Positions 28,174 through 36,877 of a stretch of 55,973 bases of DNA are shown piece by piece. How positions within the stretch are numbered: the stretch's first letter is position 1; the number at the start of each line of letters is the position of its first letter. The DNA is taken from the NCBI GenBank assembly GCA_016182185.1, contig JACOXU010000003.1, forward strand, positions 1 to 55,973. The letters are read 5' to 3'. Origin of the DNA: Candidatus Levyibacteriota bacterium (GTDB lineage: Bacteria > Patescibacteriota > Microgenomatia > Levybacterales > UBA12049). The notes beneath the pieces are model-generated. The model made no database searches. It worked only from the letters and a program-made list of their open reading frames with translations, and was not told the DNA's origin. Position numbers and translations under genes: made by a program.

Positions 28174-28950
28174 TTAATTTAACTTTGAAATGAAGCTTTC
28201 TAATTCTTTTGGGAGCGGAGATTCGAGCTTAATAATCTTGTTTTCGATCGGATGGATAAAGGAAATTCCGGCAGCGTGGAGAAAAAGACGGGGCAATACT
28301 TTTCTGTCATTTCTGGCAGTTTTACGCCCTGCGTAAAGAAAATCTGAAAAAACAGGGTGGTTAAAATATTTAAGATGCACTCTTATCTGATGCGTTCTTC
28401 CAGTTTTAGGTTTTAGCTCTAATAAACTTAAGGTCTCTTTCTCTAAATACTTAATATTTAATACTTTATACTGAGTGCTTGCCTCCCTTCCTCCTGCTAC
28501 GACTCCGAATCTTTTTCTATTAAATGGTAATCTTCCTACCGGCACACTTATTTCTCCCTCCAAAGGCGTGACTTTCCCATGGACCAGGGCGATATATTTT
28601 TTCTCAATTTTTCTTTCTTTAAACTGCCTCTGAAGATCAACAAATACCTCTGGGGTCTTTGCAATCAGAAGAATTCCCGAAGTTTCTTTATCAAGCCTAT
28701 GCACTATACCAGCTCTGCTGGTAAATTCCAAATCCCAAGCACCAAATCCCAATTTTTCTTTGTTTTTGATATTTAAATTTTGGAATTTATTTGAGATTTG
28801 AGATTTGAGATTTGAGATTTGAAGATGCCTTTCTGCCCAATCTTGTATTGTCTGCTGGTCCCCAGTTGTATCTGATCGATTAACAGTTATTCCGGATGGC
28901 TTACCTATTGCGACTAGATAATCATCTTCATATAATATTTTTATGTCCAT
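28174..28950 (-). CDS. RluA/RluD-family pseudouridine synthase carrying a 33-aa repeat-derived insertion
   Basis: 258 aa. Has YEDDYLVAIGKPSG, the catalytic HRLDKETSGILLIAKT, and GRTHQIRVHL. No S4 domain. Confidence 0.85.
   Translation of the reverse strand: MDIKILYEDDYLVAIGKPSGITVNRSDTTGDQQTIQDWAERHLQISNLKSQISNKFQNLNIKNKEKLGFGAWDLEFTSRAGIVHRLDKETSGILLIAKTPEVFVDLQRQFKERKIEKKYIALVHGKVTPLEGEISVPVGRLPFNRKRFGVVAGGREASTQYKVLNIKYLEKETLSLLELKPKTGRTHQIRVHLKYFNHPVFSDFLYAGRKTARNDRKVLPRLFLHAAGISFIHPIENKIIKLESPLPKELESFISKLN
28723..28821. repeat. palindromic CAAATCCC/GAGATTT-word repeat copy inside the rluD-like CDS
   Basis: ccaaatcccaagcaccaaatccc (28728..28750), tttttgatatttaaatttt (28763..28781; 18/19 identical to 41104..41122), and 4 x GAGATTT (28793..28820). 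Encodes QISNLKSQISNKFQNLNIKNKEKLGFGAWDLEF in frame. Confidence 0.6.
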
Positions 28951-28958
28951 AGAGAATC

Positions 28959-29675
28959 TTATCTTTTTATTTTGGAAAACTTTGCCAATAAATCTTCTTT
29001 ATCCATAAACAATACCAAACTTACCAAAAGCGCTCCCAAAAGAATGTAATTCTGCGGTTGGTCGACAAATTTGAAATTTTTAAATTGTGTAACAATATTC
29101 GTAAAAAGAGAGATTAATGAAAAAGAAAAAATAAATATTAATCCTATTGTACCGTCTTTAAGTTTTCCCTTAAAAAGGAGTCCAAAGCAAAGAAATTTAA
29201 TGAAAATAAAGAATAACATTGTATAAATAAGTGTGAGAATCATTATTTCAAGCGAAAAACCTTTGGGAAGAAGGATCAGTAAATACCCCAGATAGCCAAT
29301 AGGAAATGCGGCTAAAGTCGAAATAGAAAAAAAATCAAATATTCGCTCCATTGGCATCTTCTTTACTTTAAGATAGTAAATTAAAAATAAAGTTCCTCCC
29401 AAGACTCCTCCCGTAAGAGAAAGTCCCGGAAAATATGGAAAAAGGAAGAAGACCAAAGGCTTCATAAGCATATCTATGCTATTGAAAATTGCATAAAACA
29501 GCCTGGCAAAAAATAATCCCGCAAAAAATGTGGTAAAAGAAGTATTAAAAATTTTCTCAAGGGAAATATCTTTACGAAGAAGACTAAGATCATCGCGCGA
29601 TAGAAAATGAAGACAAAAAAGGAATGCTAAAAAACAAATAAGTAAAATAAAAATGAAATACTCCATACTATTCAA
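28959..29675 (-). CDS. polytopic membrane protein, possibly Lgt-like (prolipoprotein diacylglyceryl transferase)
   Basis: 238 aa, hydrophobic. Only a weak resemblance (FFARLFYAIFN; LTGGVLGG). Confidence 0.35.
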   Translation of the reverse strand: MNSMEYFIFILLICFLAFLFCLHFLSRDDLSLLRKDISLEKIFNTSFTTFFAGLFFARLFYAIFNSIDMLMKPLVFFLFPYFPGLSLTGGVLGGTLFLIYYLKVKKMPMERIFDFFSISTLAAFPIGYLGYLLILLPKGFSLEIMILTLIYTMLFFIFIKFLCFGLLFKGKLKDGTIGLIFIFSFSLISLFTNIVTQFKNFKFVDQPQNYILLGALLVSLVLFMDKEDLLAKFSKIKR

Positions 29676-30963
29676 AAACCCAGAAAAAAATTCCCAGTAT
29701 TATCATTATAATACCAAAACCTACCACCACTCTTGGAATTCCAAGGAGGTCGGCCAATCCTCCGGCCATGATTATTGGTAAAAAAGATACCGCACCTATA
29801 ACAGCATTTAGCAAGCCGTAGACTCTTCCCCGCATAGATTCATTGGTTTCAGTTTGAAGAGTTGTGTTTGAGGGAATAAATACAAAGGAAATCGCAAATC
29901 CGACAATAAATGCCATTACAATTGCTATCTGGTACATTGAGATCGTCAAAAAGTAAGGAAGTATGCTGTTTATCGATTTTATTATTGAAAGTGAAATTAC
30001 TTTGTTTCCGAAAGGAAATAGAATAAAAACAGCTCCTCCCAAAAGAAATCCTATTCCGCTTAGCCATCTGGGGTTAAAATGTTTTCCAAAACTTCCGAGC
30101 ATAAAGGCAGAAATTCCCATTCCAAGCGCCGCAGGACCGATGAGAACAAGAGATAAGCTTTCAATTTGAGCATTAAGAATTCTAGTCATATATCCCGGTG
30201 CAAGCACTGCGAACATGTAAATGACAGACTGGGCAATTGTCATCATAAGAAGTGCATGAAAAACTTTTCTTGCCCGTCTTATAAAGCTGAAGATCTCCCG
30301 AGCCTCATTCGTCAATGATGCTTTTGCAGGAAAAGAAAGAAGTTGGCCTAAAATCCTTTTCTTTTTTTCTGGTAAATTTATGAAGAGAACAAAAATACTA
30401 CTTAGATAAAAAAAGACAGCCAATAAAAGAAACGTGTTCTGTTTTCCGACCAGAAGAACTATTGGACCTGAAAATATGTAGCCAAGCAGCGTTGTTCCGT
30501 AAATTCCAAATGAAAAAACTGCATTGGCAGAAAGTAGCAGTTTCCGAGGAACCAAACTTGGTATGACCGATGCATGCGCAGGAATAAAAAATTGCGTTGC
30601 TACAGCTATCAAAAAGGTTAGTAAATAAATAAAGCTTATATGAAGATCGGGTATTAAAAAAGGTAAAATCAAAAATCCTCTAATTAAATTGGTGAAAAAT
30701 AAAACTTTTTTTTTATTCCATCTGTCGACATATACGCCTGAAACTATACTGAAAAGAAGTGCAGGAATAGTAAATGAAAGAATTATTCCCGAAACTGCCG
30801 TACTTGATCTGGTTGATTCATATACTACAAAAATAAGTGCGAAATGCTGGACACTGAACGCAAACTGCGAGATAAGTTCAGATATCATCATGAAGAAGAA
30901 AGAACGAATACCAAGAACGCGCAGCATGTCATTTGACTTGGCAGTTTTTTTGATAAACTCCAT
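29668..30963 (-). CDS. MFS transporter
   Basis: 431 aa, about 12 TM helices, with the motif DRWNKKKV between TM2 and TM3. Confidence 0.75.
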   Translation of the reverse strand: MEFIKKTAKSNDMLRVLGIRSFFFMMISELISQFAFSVQHFALIFVVYESTRSSTAVSGIILSFTIPALLFSIVSGVYVDRWNKKKVLFFTNLIRGFLILPFLIPDLHISFIYLLTFLIAVATQFFIPAHASVIPSLVPRKLLLSANAVFSFGIYGTTLLGYIFSGPIVLLVGKQNTFLLLAVFFYLSSIFVLFINLPEKKKRILGQLLSFPAKASLTNEAREIFSFIRRARKVFHALLMMTIAQSVIYMFAVLAPGYMTRILNAQIESLSLVLIGPAALGMGISAFMLGSFGKHFNPRWLSGIGFLLGGAVFILFPFGNKVISLSIIKSINSILPYFLTISMYQIAIVMAFIVGFAISFVFIPSNTTLQTETNESMRGRVYGLLNAVIGAVSFLPIIMAGGLADLLGIPRVVVGFGIIMIILGIFFWVFE

Positions 30964-30974
30964 ATGTGGGCTTC

Positions 30975-31529
30975 CTATACTTTTTCTGTATATTCCCCTG
31001 TTCTAGTATCAATACTTACCATATCTCCAACCTTAATAAAAAGTGGAACTTTTGTTTTGAGCCCGTTTTCCAAAATTGCGTCTTTATAGATGTTAGTGGC
31101 TGAATTCCCCCTCTCTGACGGACCAGTATCTGTAATTTTGAATTTCATCTTGGGTGGAAGGGTGATAGAAATCGGCTGATCATTCAAGATATTGACAGAA
31201 AAATTTTCTCCTTCCTTGAGGTATTGATGGTCAGAAATTGTCGTGATGGGAATATGAATTTGCTCAAATGATGATAAATCCATAAAATAAACATTCTCCT
31301 TATCTTTATACAGATATTGAAGATCTTTTTTAAATACGCGAGCCAATTTTACCCTGGCCCCGTTTATAAAACTTTTACTGATTATGGCACCCGATTTCAA
31401 ATTTTTGACTTTAACTTTTATATTGGCACTTCCCCTTCCCATCTTTATATGTTCGTAAGAAAGGACCTGAAAAATTTGTCCGTCATCGTCAAAGACCGTG
31501 CCGTTTCTAAGTTCTGTTACTGAAATCAT
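30975..31529 (-). CDS. efp: translation elongation factor P
   Basis: 184 aa. MISVTELRNGTVF...YEHIKMGRGSANIKVKVKNLKSG and the C-terminal OB-domain pattern. Confidence 0.9.
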   Translation of the reverse strand: MISVTELRNGTVFDDDGQIFQVLSYEHIKMGRGSANIKVKVKNLKSGAIISKSFINGARVKLARVFKKDLQYLYKDKENVYFMDLSSFEQIHIPITTISDHQYLKEGENFSVNILNDQPISITLPPKMKFKITDTGPSERGNSATNIYKDAILENGLKTKVPLFIKVGDMVSIDTRTGEYTEKV

Positions 31530-31647
31530 AAATAAAAAAATTTCTAATTAACCTAATTGACCTAATTTCTAATATATAAAACTTTTTGGGATTTGGGAAT
31601 TGGGCTCTGGGATTTGATTAGATCAATTAGTCATTAGAAATTAGAAA
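31530..31647. repeat. palindromic CTAAT/ATTAG-word intergenic repeat, ORF-less copy B
   Basis: 31539..31565 (aatttctaattaacctaattgacctaa) is the exact reverse complement of 53757..53783. gggaattggg and gggatttgattag match the reverse complement of 53347..53368. attagatcaattag is shared with 2565..2578. Confidence 0.7.
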
Positions 31648-32604
31648 TTATTTTGTTCTTTTCACTCTTATAAGACCTGAGCAAGGTATCGTTTTTACTT
31701 TTCTCTTCTCAAGCTGATCAAGAAAGATATTTGCGCCGATTGAATCAGATGCCATGTGCCCCGTGTTGATCACATTGATATGAAGTTTTTTGACTTCCTG
31801 CAAAGCCTCCTCAGGTATGTGCATATCAATAATTGTTCCAATTCCAGCCTTTGCCATTTCCATATAAAGCTCTTTTGATGGATTTGTTCCACCCGTAAAT
31901 GAAATGAAGATCTTGCCTGCTCTTGATCGTTCGGATCCTGACAAAATCATAGGACCTGCTTTTCCCCGTCTTGCCTCAATAAACTCTGGAATTTTATTTA
32001 TTTCATCAATTATTTCTCCCACGGTATCAAATTTTTTCTTTGAAAGATAATCTTTCATAAATTTATGTCCGAGATTGTCCCAAATGGTATGAAGAGCAAG
32101 AAAAGGAATATCCAAAAGCCTTGCCGCATCTACATCCTGCCCATGGTTTCGAGGGTCAATTCTTCTTCTTACTGCGTTTTTTCGTTCTTCAAACAGAGCA
32201 TGCGCAACATTTGGAGCAATTCCTGCTTCTTCAAACATATCAACCTGAATATCCATTACCTCATGAAGACTTGCTAAGGCATGGCCTGTAGGATGATGAG
32301 AAATAAGAAGATCTATGCCCCGACCTTTCTGATTAAGTCTGTCCAAAAGTAAAAGATCGGCAACTCCGGCATCAATTCCGACCATAAGAGTATCCACCCT
32401 TATCTTTGAACCTCCATAGAGAATTCTTGAATCAGAATATGGGTTTTTCAAAGATTCTTTGTCGAAAAATTCTTTCTTCTTAAGAGAAAGTTCTTCGTAA
32501 TCTTTTTTGGTACGTGCCAAAAATTTCCTCACCCCTGCTTCACCTCTTGGATCTGCTTTAATCCCCATTTCAACTGCCAAATCGTAAATTTCTTGAAGTG
32601 TCAT
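31648..32604 (-). CDS. NIF3-family (DUF34) metal-binding protein
   Basis: 318 aa, with LISHHP and LHTIWDN motif contexts. Confidence 0.55.
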   Translation of the reverse strand: MTLQEIYDLAVEMGIKADPRGEAGVRKFLARTKKDYEELSLKKKEFFDKESLKNPYSDSRILYGGSKIRVDTLMVGIDAGVADLLLLDRLNQKGRGIDLLISHHPTGHALASLHEVMDIQVDMFEEAGIAPNVAHALFEERKNAVRRRIDPRNHGQDVDAARLLDIPFLALHTIWDNLGHKFMKDYLSKKKFDTVGEIIDEINKIPEFIEARRGKAGPMILSGSERSRAGKIFISFTGGTNPSKELYMEMAKAGIGTIIDMHIPEEALQEVKKLHINVINTGHMASDSIGANIFLDQLEKRKVKTIPCSGLIRVKRTK

Positions 32605-32653
32605 AAAGGACAGTATATAATATGAAGGCTAAAAGGTCAATTATTCTAGCCTG

Positions 32654-32736
32654 GGGCAAGTGGCGGAATGGTATACGCGGTAGTCTCAAAAACTACTAGC
32701 CGCAAGGCTGTGTGGGTTCGACTCCCTCCTTGCCCA
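32654..32736 (+). tRNA. tRNA-Leu (anticodon CAA), class II with long variable arm, CCA not encoded
   Basis: Acceptor GGGCAAG/CTTGCCC. D arm GCG-GAATGGTATA-CGC. Anticodon stem GTAGT/ACTAC with loop CTCAAAA. Variable stem GCC/GGC. T loop TTCGACT. Discriminator A. Confidence 0.85.
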
Positions 32737-32802
32737 CAAGTTTTCTCCGGGTATTCAATTTATATCAAATTTTTGGTAGAATAATTGTTGCTGCAGTTCT
32801 TC

Positions 32803-33360
32803 ATGGATCAGATAAAAAAATTCATCAGAAAATTTAAAGTCGGCAAGCATCATCTAGACTGGGTTGCTGGTCTTCTTTCAATTCCTGTGCTTTTGACAGT
32901 CATAATTCTTAACTTAAACAATTTAAATTCTCAGAAAAAAAACTCCAATAATTCCTCTGAAAATAAACCTACTGAAAAGGTTATTGTTGTTCCCGAAACT
33001 AAAGATAAGCAACAAACACTACCCACAACAACTACACTGGCTTGCAAAAAAGAGATTGGACCAATATCAATAACATCTCCCAAAGAAGGTGAAGCAGTAA
33101 AAAACAATCCGGTCTGCATTAATATAAATTATGACAGTCAAAATTATTGCTCAGTTGTTTGGTCTTATAGAATAAACGAAGGAAACTGGTCTGAATTTTC
33201 AAGTAGCTCCCCTTGTATCTATAATGCCCCAAATGGAGACATAAAATTTGAACTAAGAGTTCAAAGCACAGCTTCGCAAGACCAGCAAAAAACAATCATA
33301 AGAAATTTTAAGTATGAAGGGACTCCTGTTGCCTCACCCTCTGCTGCAGCAAATTATTGA
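32803..33360 (+). CDS. membrane-anchored hypothetical protein
   Basis: Start set at ATG 32803 (MDQIKKFIRKF...) with a TM segment WVAGLLSIPVLLTVIILN. Extended -10 TGgTAGAAT at 32774..32782. Confidence 0.5.
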   Translation: MDQIKKFIRKFKVGKHHLDWVAGLLSIPVLLTVIILNLNNLNSQKKNSNNSSENKPTEKVIVVPETKDKQQTLPTTTTLACKKEIGPISITSPKEGEAVKNNPVCININYDSQNYCSVVWSYRINEGNWSEFSSSSPCIYNAPNGDIKFELRVQSTASQDQQKTIIRNFKYEGTPVASPSAAANY

Positions 33361-33390
33361 AGAAGTTGATGTTAACATACTATTTGACAT

Positions 33391-33422
33391 AACGAAAAAC
33401 CTTATGATCTAAGGTTTTCGTT
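33391..33422. terminator. bidirectional hairpin between convergent genes
   Basis: aacgaaaaacctta / taaggttttcgtt gives a 13-bp stem with one bulged A and loop tgatc. Confidence 0.55.
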
Positions 33423-33441
33423 AATTCACTTTAAATATTGA

Positions 33442-33678
33442 CTACATTCCGGGTGTCCCCATTCCGCTACCACTTGTTGGGCCAGAAGTTCCGGAATTGT
33501 CTCCTGTAGGCGGTGTCTGATCACTTCCAGGAACTGAACCTGGTGTAGGTGCAGTAGGTTCAGGTGTTGTTGGCTCAGGTACTGCTGGACCAGGTGTTGG
33601 CTCAGGTGTTACCGGACCAGGTGTTGGCTGCTGGTTTTGATCGCCTCCCTGTCCAGGCATTTGTCCTTGATTATCCAT
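33442..33678 (-). CDS. Pro/Thr/Gly-rich low-complexity microprotein (78 aa), speculative
   Basis: Its ATG overlaps the dnaB stop (TAATG). Imperfect 27-nt tandem units encode TPGPVTPEP-like repeats. No signal peptide. Confidence 0.3.
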   Translation of the reverse strand: MDNQGQMPGQGGDQNQQPTPGPVTPEPTPGPAVPEPTTPEPTAPTPGSVPGSDQTPPTGDNSGTSGPTSGSGMGTPGM

Positions 33679-35006
33679 TAACTATCACCTCCTTCCCTTT
33701 TTCTCTCCACATTATAAAATCTTATCCTATCGCCGCGAAAAAGTAAATCTATCTCTCCAGTTGGTCCATTTCTATGCTTGGCAACCAAAAGCTTTGTCGG
33801 CATAACGTTTCCTACAGCTTCTTCTGCTCTATACAAAAACATTACAACATCTGCATCTTGTTCAATCGCGCCTGATTCACGAAGGTCTGCGAGTTGAGGC
33901 CTCTTCTCGCCTCTGTGCTCGACTGCTCGCGATAATTGTGATACAGCGACAACCGGAATCTTAAGTTCTCTCGCCAAATTCTTCAAAGACTGAGAAACTA
34001 CTGAAACCTCTTGAACTCTATTATCATAGTGCTTTCCCGGATTGACAAGCTGTAAATAATCTACGATAAATAAGGCGATATTATGCTCAAGCTGAAGCCT
34101 CCTTGCTCTGGTTCTTATCTCAGCAACCGATATTCCAGGTGTATCATCGATATAAATCGGAGCATCAGCCAAAAGGCCCATTGCTTCTGATAATTTTGCA
34201 AAGTCAGTTTCTGAGAGCTTACCAGTCTTGAGTCTCCAGGCGTCAACATCTGCCTGACCGACCAAAAGTCGGTCAACAATTTCCTCTTGACTCATTTCAA
34301 GAGAAAATATTCCAACTGGAGTTTTTTCATTTACCGAAACGTACTGGGCAATATTTGCAATCATTGCGGTTTTACCCTGTCCCGGCCGAGCAGCTAAGAT
34401 CAGTAAATTTGAAGGCTGCATTCCTGACAAAATACTATCCAAGTCCGTGAATCCCGTTTTTATTCCCCGAAGTCCGGCTCCCTTTTTATGCAGTTCATCT
34501 ATCCGATCAAAGCTCTCGGCAAGCATTTCTTTAAGAGGAATAAAGCCTGTTACTCCATGCCCCTGCGAGATGGAAAAGATGGACGATTCTACCTTATCAA
34601 GCAATTCATCGGCGTTTTTTTCATCCATAAAACCCATTTCTGTAATTTGTCCGCCCAAGGAGATTAGAGATCTTTTGATCGAATCTTCTTTTATAATCTG
34701 CGCGTAGTGCTCGATATTAGCCGCAGTAGGAACCACATTTACCAGATCTGAAAGATATGAAAAATCAACTTTATCGAAAACCTTATTTTTTTTAAGTTTT
34801 CTGGGCAAAGTCAAAATATCAATAGGTTTTCTTTCCTCGTACAGAGACAGCATTGCGTCAAAGATAATTCCATTGATGTTATTATAAAAATCTGAAACTT
34901 TTATAACTTGGGATGCAATACTTATAGCATTTGAGTCTATAAGAATTGCCCCCAGAACACTTTGTTCTGCTTCTTCATTATGAGGGGGAACTTTAATGTT
35001 TGCCAT
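33678..35006 (-). CDS. dnaB: replicative DNA helicase DnaB
   Basis: 442 aa. PHNEEAEQSVLGAIL, Walker A ARPGQGKT, IVDYLQL, and SQLSR...RESGAIEQDAD. Confidence 0.95.
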   Translation of the reverse strand: MANIKVPPHNEEAEQSVLGAILIDSNAISIASQVIKVSDFYNNINGIIFDAMLSLYEERKPIDILTLPRKLKKNKVFDKVDFSYLSDLVNVVPTAANIEHYAQIIKEDSIKRSLISLGGQITEMGFMDEKNADELLDKVESSIFSISQGHGVTGFIPLKEMLAESFDRIDELHKKGAGLRGIKTGFTDLDSILSGMQPSNLLILAARPGQGKTAMIANIAQYVSVNEKTPVGIFSLEMSQEEIVDRLLVGQADVDAWRLKTGKLSETDFAKLSEAMGLLADAPIYIDDTPGISVAEIRTRARRLQLEHNIALFIVDYLQLVNPGKHYDNRVQEVSVVSQSLKNLARELKIPVVAVSQLSRAVEHRGEKRPQLADLRESGAIEQDADVVMFLYRAEEAVGNVMPTKLLVAKHRNGPTGEIDLLFRGDRIRFYNVERKREGGDS

Positions 35007-35114
35007 AAAATAATAAAAATCAAACCCCAGTAATCAAATCTCAAATTCCCTTTTTGATATTAGAATTTTAAAAATTACAATTTATTTGGAATTTGTAATT
35101 TGGGTTTTGGTATT
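35007..35114. repeat. palindromic CAAATC/GGAATTTG-word intergenic repeat, copy D
   Basis: 35049..35110 is colinear with 41102..41163, including an exact 22-mer atttatttggaatttgtaattt (35080..35101 = 41133..41154). Left arm caaaccccagtaatcaaatctcaaattccc is roughly complementary to right arm ggaatttgtaatttgggttttg. Confidence 0.6.
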
Positions 35115-35648
35115 TTACCCCAGTATTACTACCTGTAATTCTGTTGGCAATTTTTCTCGGACTACAGAGAATTTTTTTAGACTTTCGCTCTCTGTCTTTC
35201 CTAAGGTTTTTATATTTTCTTTACTTGCTCCTTCACCATATAGTATTAATAAATTTGCCTCAAAAGAGGTAATTAAAGACTGGTTTATCTCCGAATCGAC
35301 ATTTAAAATTAGTATCTGATAATCTTGGCTTTCCTGGAGACTTTTATCAAGAGCGCTGATTTTCCCTAGTAAAATATTGATGTTGTCAAAATGGAAACTA
35401 TAAACGTACTTGCCGTCTGATTTCTGACCGTGAATTTTTATTCCGCCGACTTCATATTCCCCTTGACCTTCAAGAACCACACGATGCTCATCAACTCTTG
35501 AAGCATCATATCCTTCCTTAAAACTCTCAAGGAAAATTACGGCATCGGCGTTTGTTTTGGGTGTCTTCACATGTGGATCCACTACCAAACTTGCATTTTT
35601 TCCCTTTACTTTTATTGAATTTTTATCAAGAAGTACTACATCCATCAA
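35115..35648 (-). CDS. hypothetical protein (MBL-fold-like outline without His motif)
   Basis: 177-aa ORF. Only a vague resemblance to small metallo-beta-lactamase-fold proteins. HxHxDH is absent. Confidence 0.45.
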   Translation of the reverse strand: MMDVVLLDKNSIKVKGKNASLVVDPHVKTPKTNADAVIFLESFKEGYDASRVDEHRVVLEGQGEYEVGGIKIHGQKSDGKYVYSFHFDNINILLGKISALDKSLQESQDYQILILNVDSEINQSLITSFEANLLILYGEGASKENIKTLGKTESESLKKFSVVREKLPTELQVVILG

Positions 35649-35673
35649 CTCATCCTATCACAGGATATTTTTC

Positions 35674-35702
35674 TTGACAAGTAGATTTTTTTGTCTTATT
35701 AT
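35674..35702 (+). promoter_or_regulatory. near-consensus sigma70 promoter
   Basis: TTGACA 35674..35679, 17-nt spacer, TATTAT 35697..35702, then 15 nt to ATG 35718. Confidence 0.5.
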
Positions 35703-35717
35703 TCGCAAGACACTTAT

Positions 35718-36143
35718 ATGAAAAAAGAGCGCATATTACTTTCTTTTATTGCAACTCTCATAGGAATTTTGGTAACGGCAATTGCATTTTACTTCTATCA
35801 ATCGACCAAAACAACTCCAGCATCGAAAGGAAAAACTATAACCATTGCGACTCCGACCCCTACTCCCAAACCCTCCATTTTTCTTAACATATTAAAACCA
35901 GATGATGAGTCAGTTGTAAGCAAAAAAGTTATAACGGTGTCTGGTAACACAGCTGCTGATGCAACTGTTATAATTCTTACTCCGATAGACGAGGTATTAG
36001 CAATTCCTACATCAAATGGCGATTTTTCAACCACTGTTGATATAGACGATGATCAAAACATAATTGAGATTACCGCCATAAGACCAAACGGTGAAGAAGC
36101 AAAAGTTCAAAAAAATGTGACGTATTCGCTCGAGGAATTTTGA
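35718..36143 (+). CDS. membrane-anchored exported hypothetical protein
   Basis: Start set at ATG 35718 (MKKERILLSFIATLIGILVTAIAFYF) because the track's TTG 35691 lies inside the promoter. A PT-rich linker is followed by a beta-rich domain. Confidence 0.5.
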   Translation: MKKERILLSFIATLIGILVTAIAFYFYQSTKTTPASKGKTITIATPTPTPKPSIFLNILKPDDESVVSKKVITVSGNTAADATVIILTPIDEVLAIPTSNGDFSTTVDIDDDQNIIEITAIRPNGEEAKVQKNVTYSLEEF

Positions 36144-36877
36144 TGAACAAATATATATTTTCAATACTATTATTATTAAGTTTATTTCTTTTAACAAGCG
36201 TAAGCTTTGCAGTGACCAATACCCCGACCCCAAAGGAAGAAAAAGAAGGAATTGAAAAACAAATAAATGACCTGACTGAGAAAATAGCATCAAGAGTTGC
36301 CCAGCTTAAATTAGTTGAAAAAAGAGGCCTGATTGGGAAAGTTACTGATGTTTCAAGCACACAAATCACCATCTCAGATATTCACAACAATACTCGTTTT
36401 GTTGACGTTGATGAATTAACCAAATTCTCATCCCCCAACACTAAATCATCTTTTGGAATTTCAGACATAGAAAAAGATTCAACAATCGGAATTCTTGGAC
36501 TTTACAATAAGGAGTCGCGCCGCATTATGGCAAGATTTGTTACGGTTCTTAATCATCCTCGTTATATACACGGAACTATTTCATCGATTGACGAGGACAA
36601 TTTTCAGGTTGCAATTAAAACAAAGGAGAATGATGAATTAAATATCGATGTCGGAACTACTACGATCACTTCTTCGGTAACTAGTTCTTTAAAACTTACC
36701 AAATCGGGCTTCTCAAAGCTGAATGTTGGCGACTATATAATAGTAGTAGGATTTGAGGATAAAAAGGATAAGAATTTAATTATTGCCTCAAAAATTATTG
36801 CTTTTCCGGATCTTAATATGTCTTCTGAAGAATCATCAGAAGAAACCCCAATCCCCACCAAGACAAATGAAAGATAG
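36140..36877 (+). CDS. secreted hypothetical protein
   Basis: 245 aa. Signal-peptide-like MMNKYIFSILLLLSLFLLTSVSFA. 4-nt overlap with the upstream gene. Confidence 0.5.
   Translation: MMNKYIFSILLLLSLFLLTSVSFAVTNTPTPKEEKEGIEKQINDLTEKIASRVAQLKLVEKRGLIGKVTDVSSTQITISDIHNNTRFVDVDELTKFSSPNTKSSFGISDIEKDSTIGILGLYNKESRRIMARFVTVLNHPRYIHGTISSIDEDNFQVAIKTKENDELNIDVGTTTITSSVTSSLKLTKSGFSKLNVGDYIIVVGFEDKKDKNLIIASKIIAFPDLNMSSEESSEETPIPTKTNER

Noticed and set aside
28793-28820. A CRISPR-like or minisatellite array (4 x GAGATTT).
   Set aside because: The 7-nt units are contiguous with no spacers. They lie inside an intact CDS and belong to the arm of the palindromic repeat family.
22371-35648. A replication terminus or dif site, inferred from the switch from mostly plus-strand genes (4369..22370) to mostly minus-strand genes (22371..35648) near the xer-like gene.
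   Set aside because: Strand orientation switches several more times in the window. No sequence resembling the XerCD dif consensus (two 11-nt arms around a 6-nt spacer) was found by eye. This needs whole-contig GC-skew analysis.
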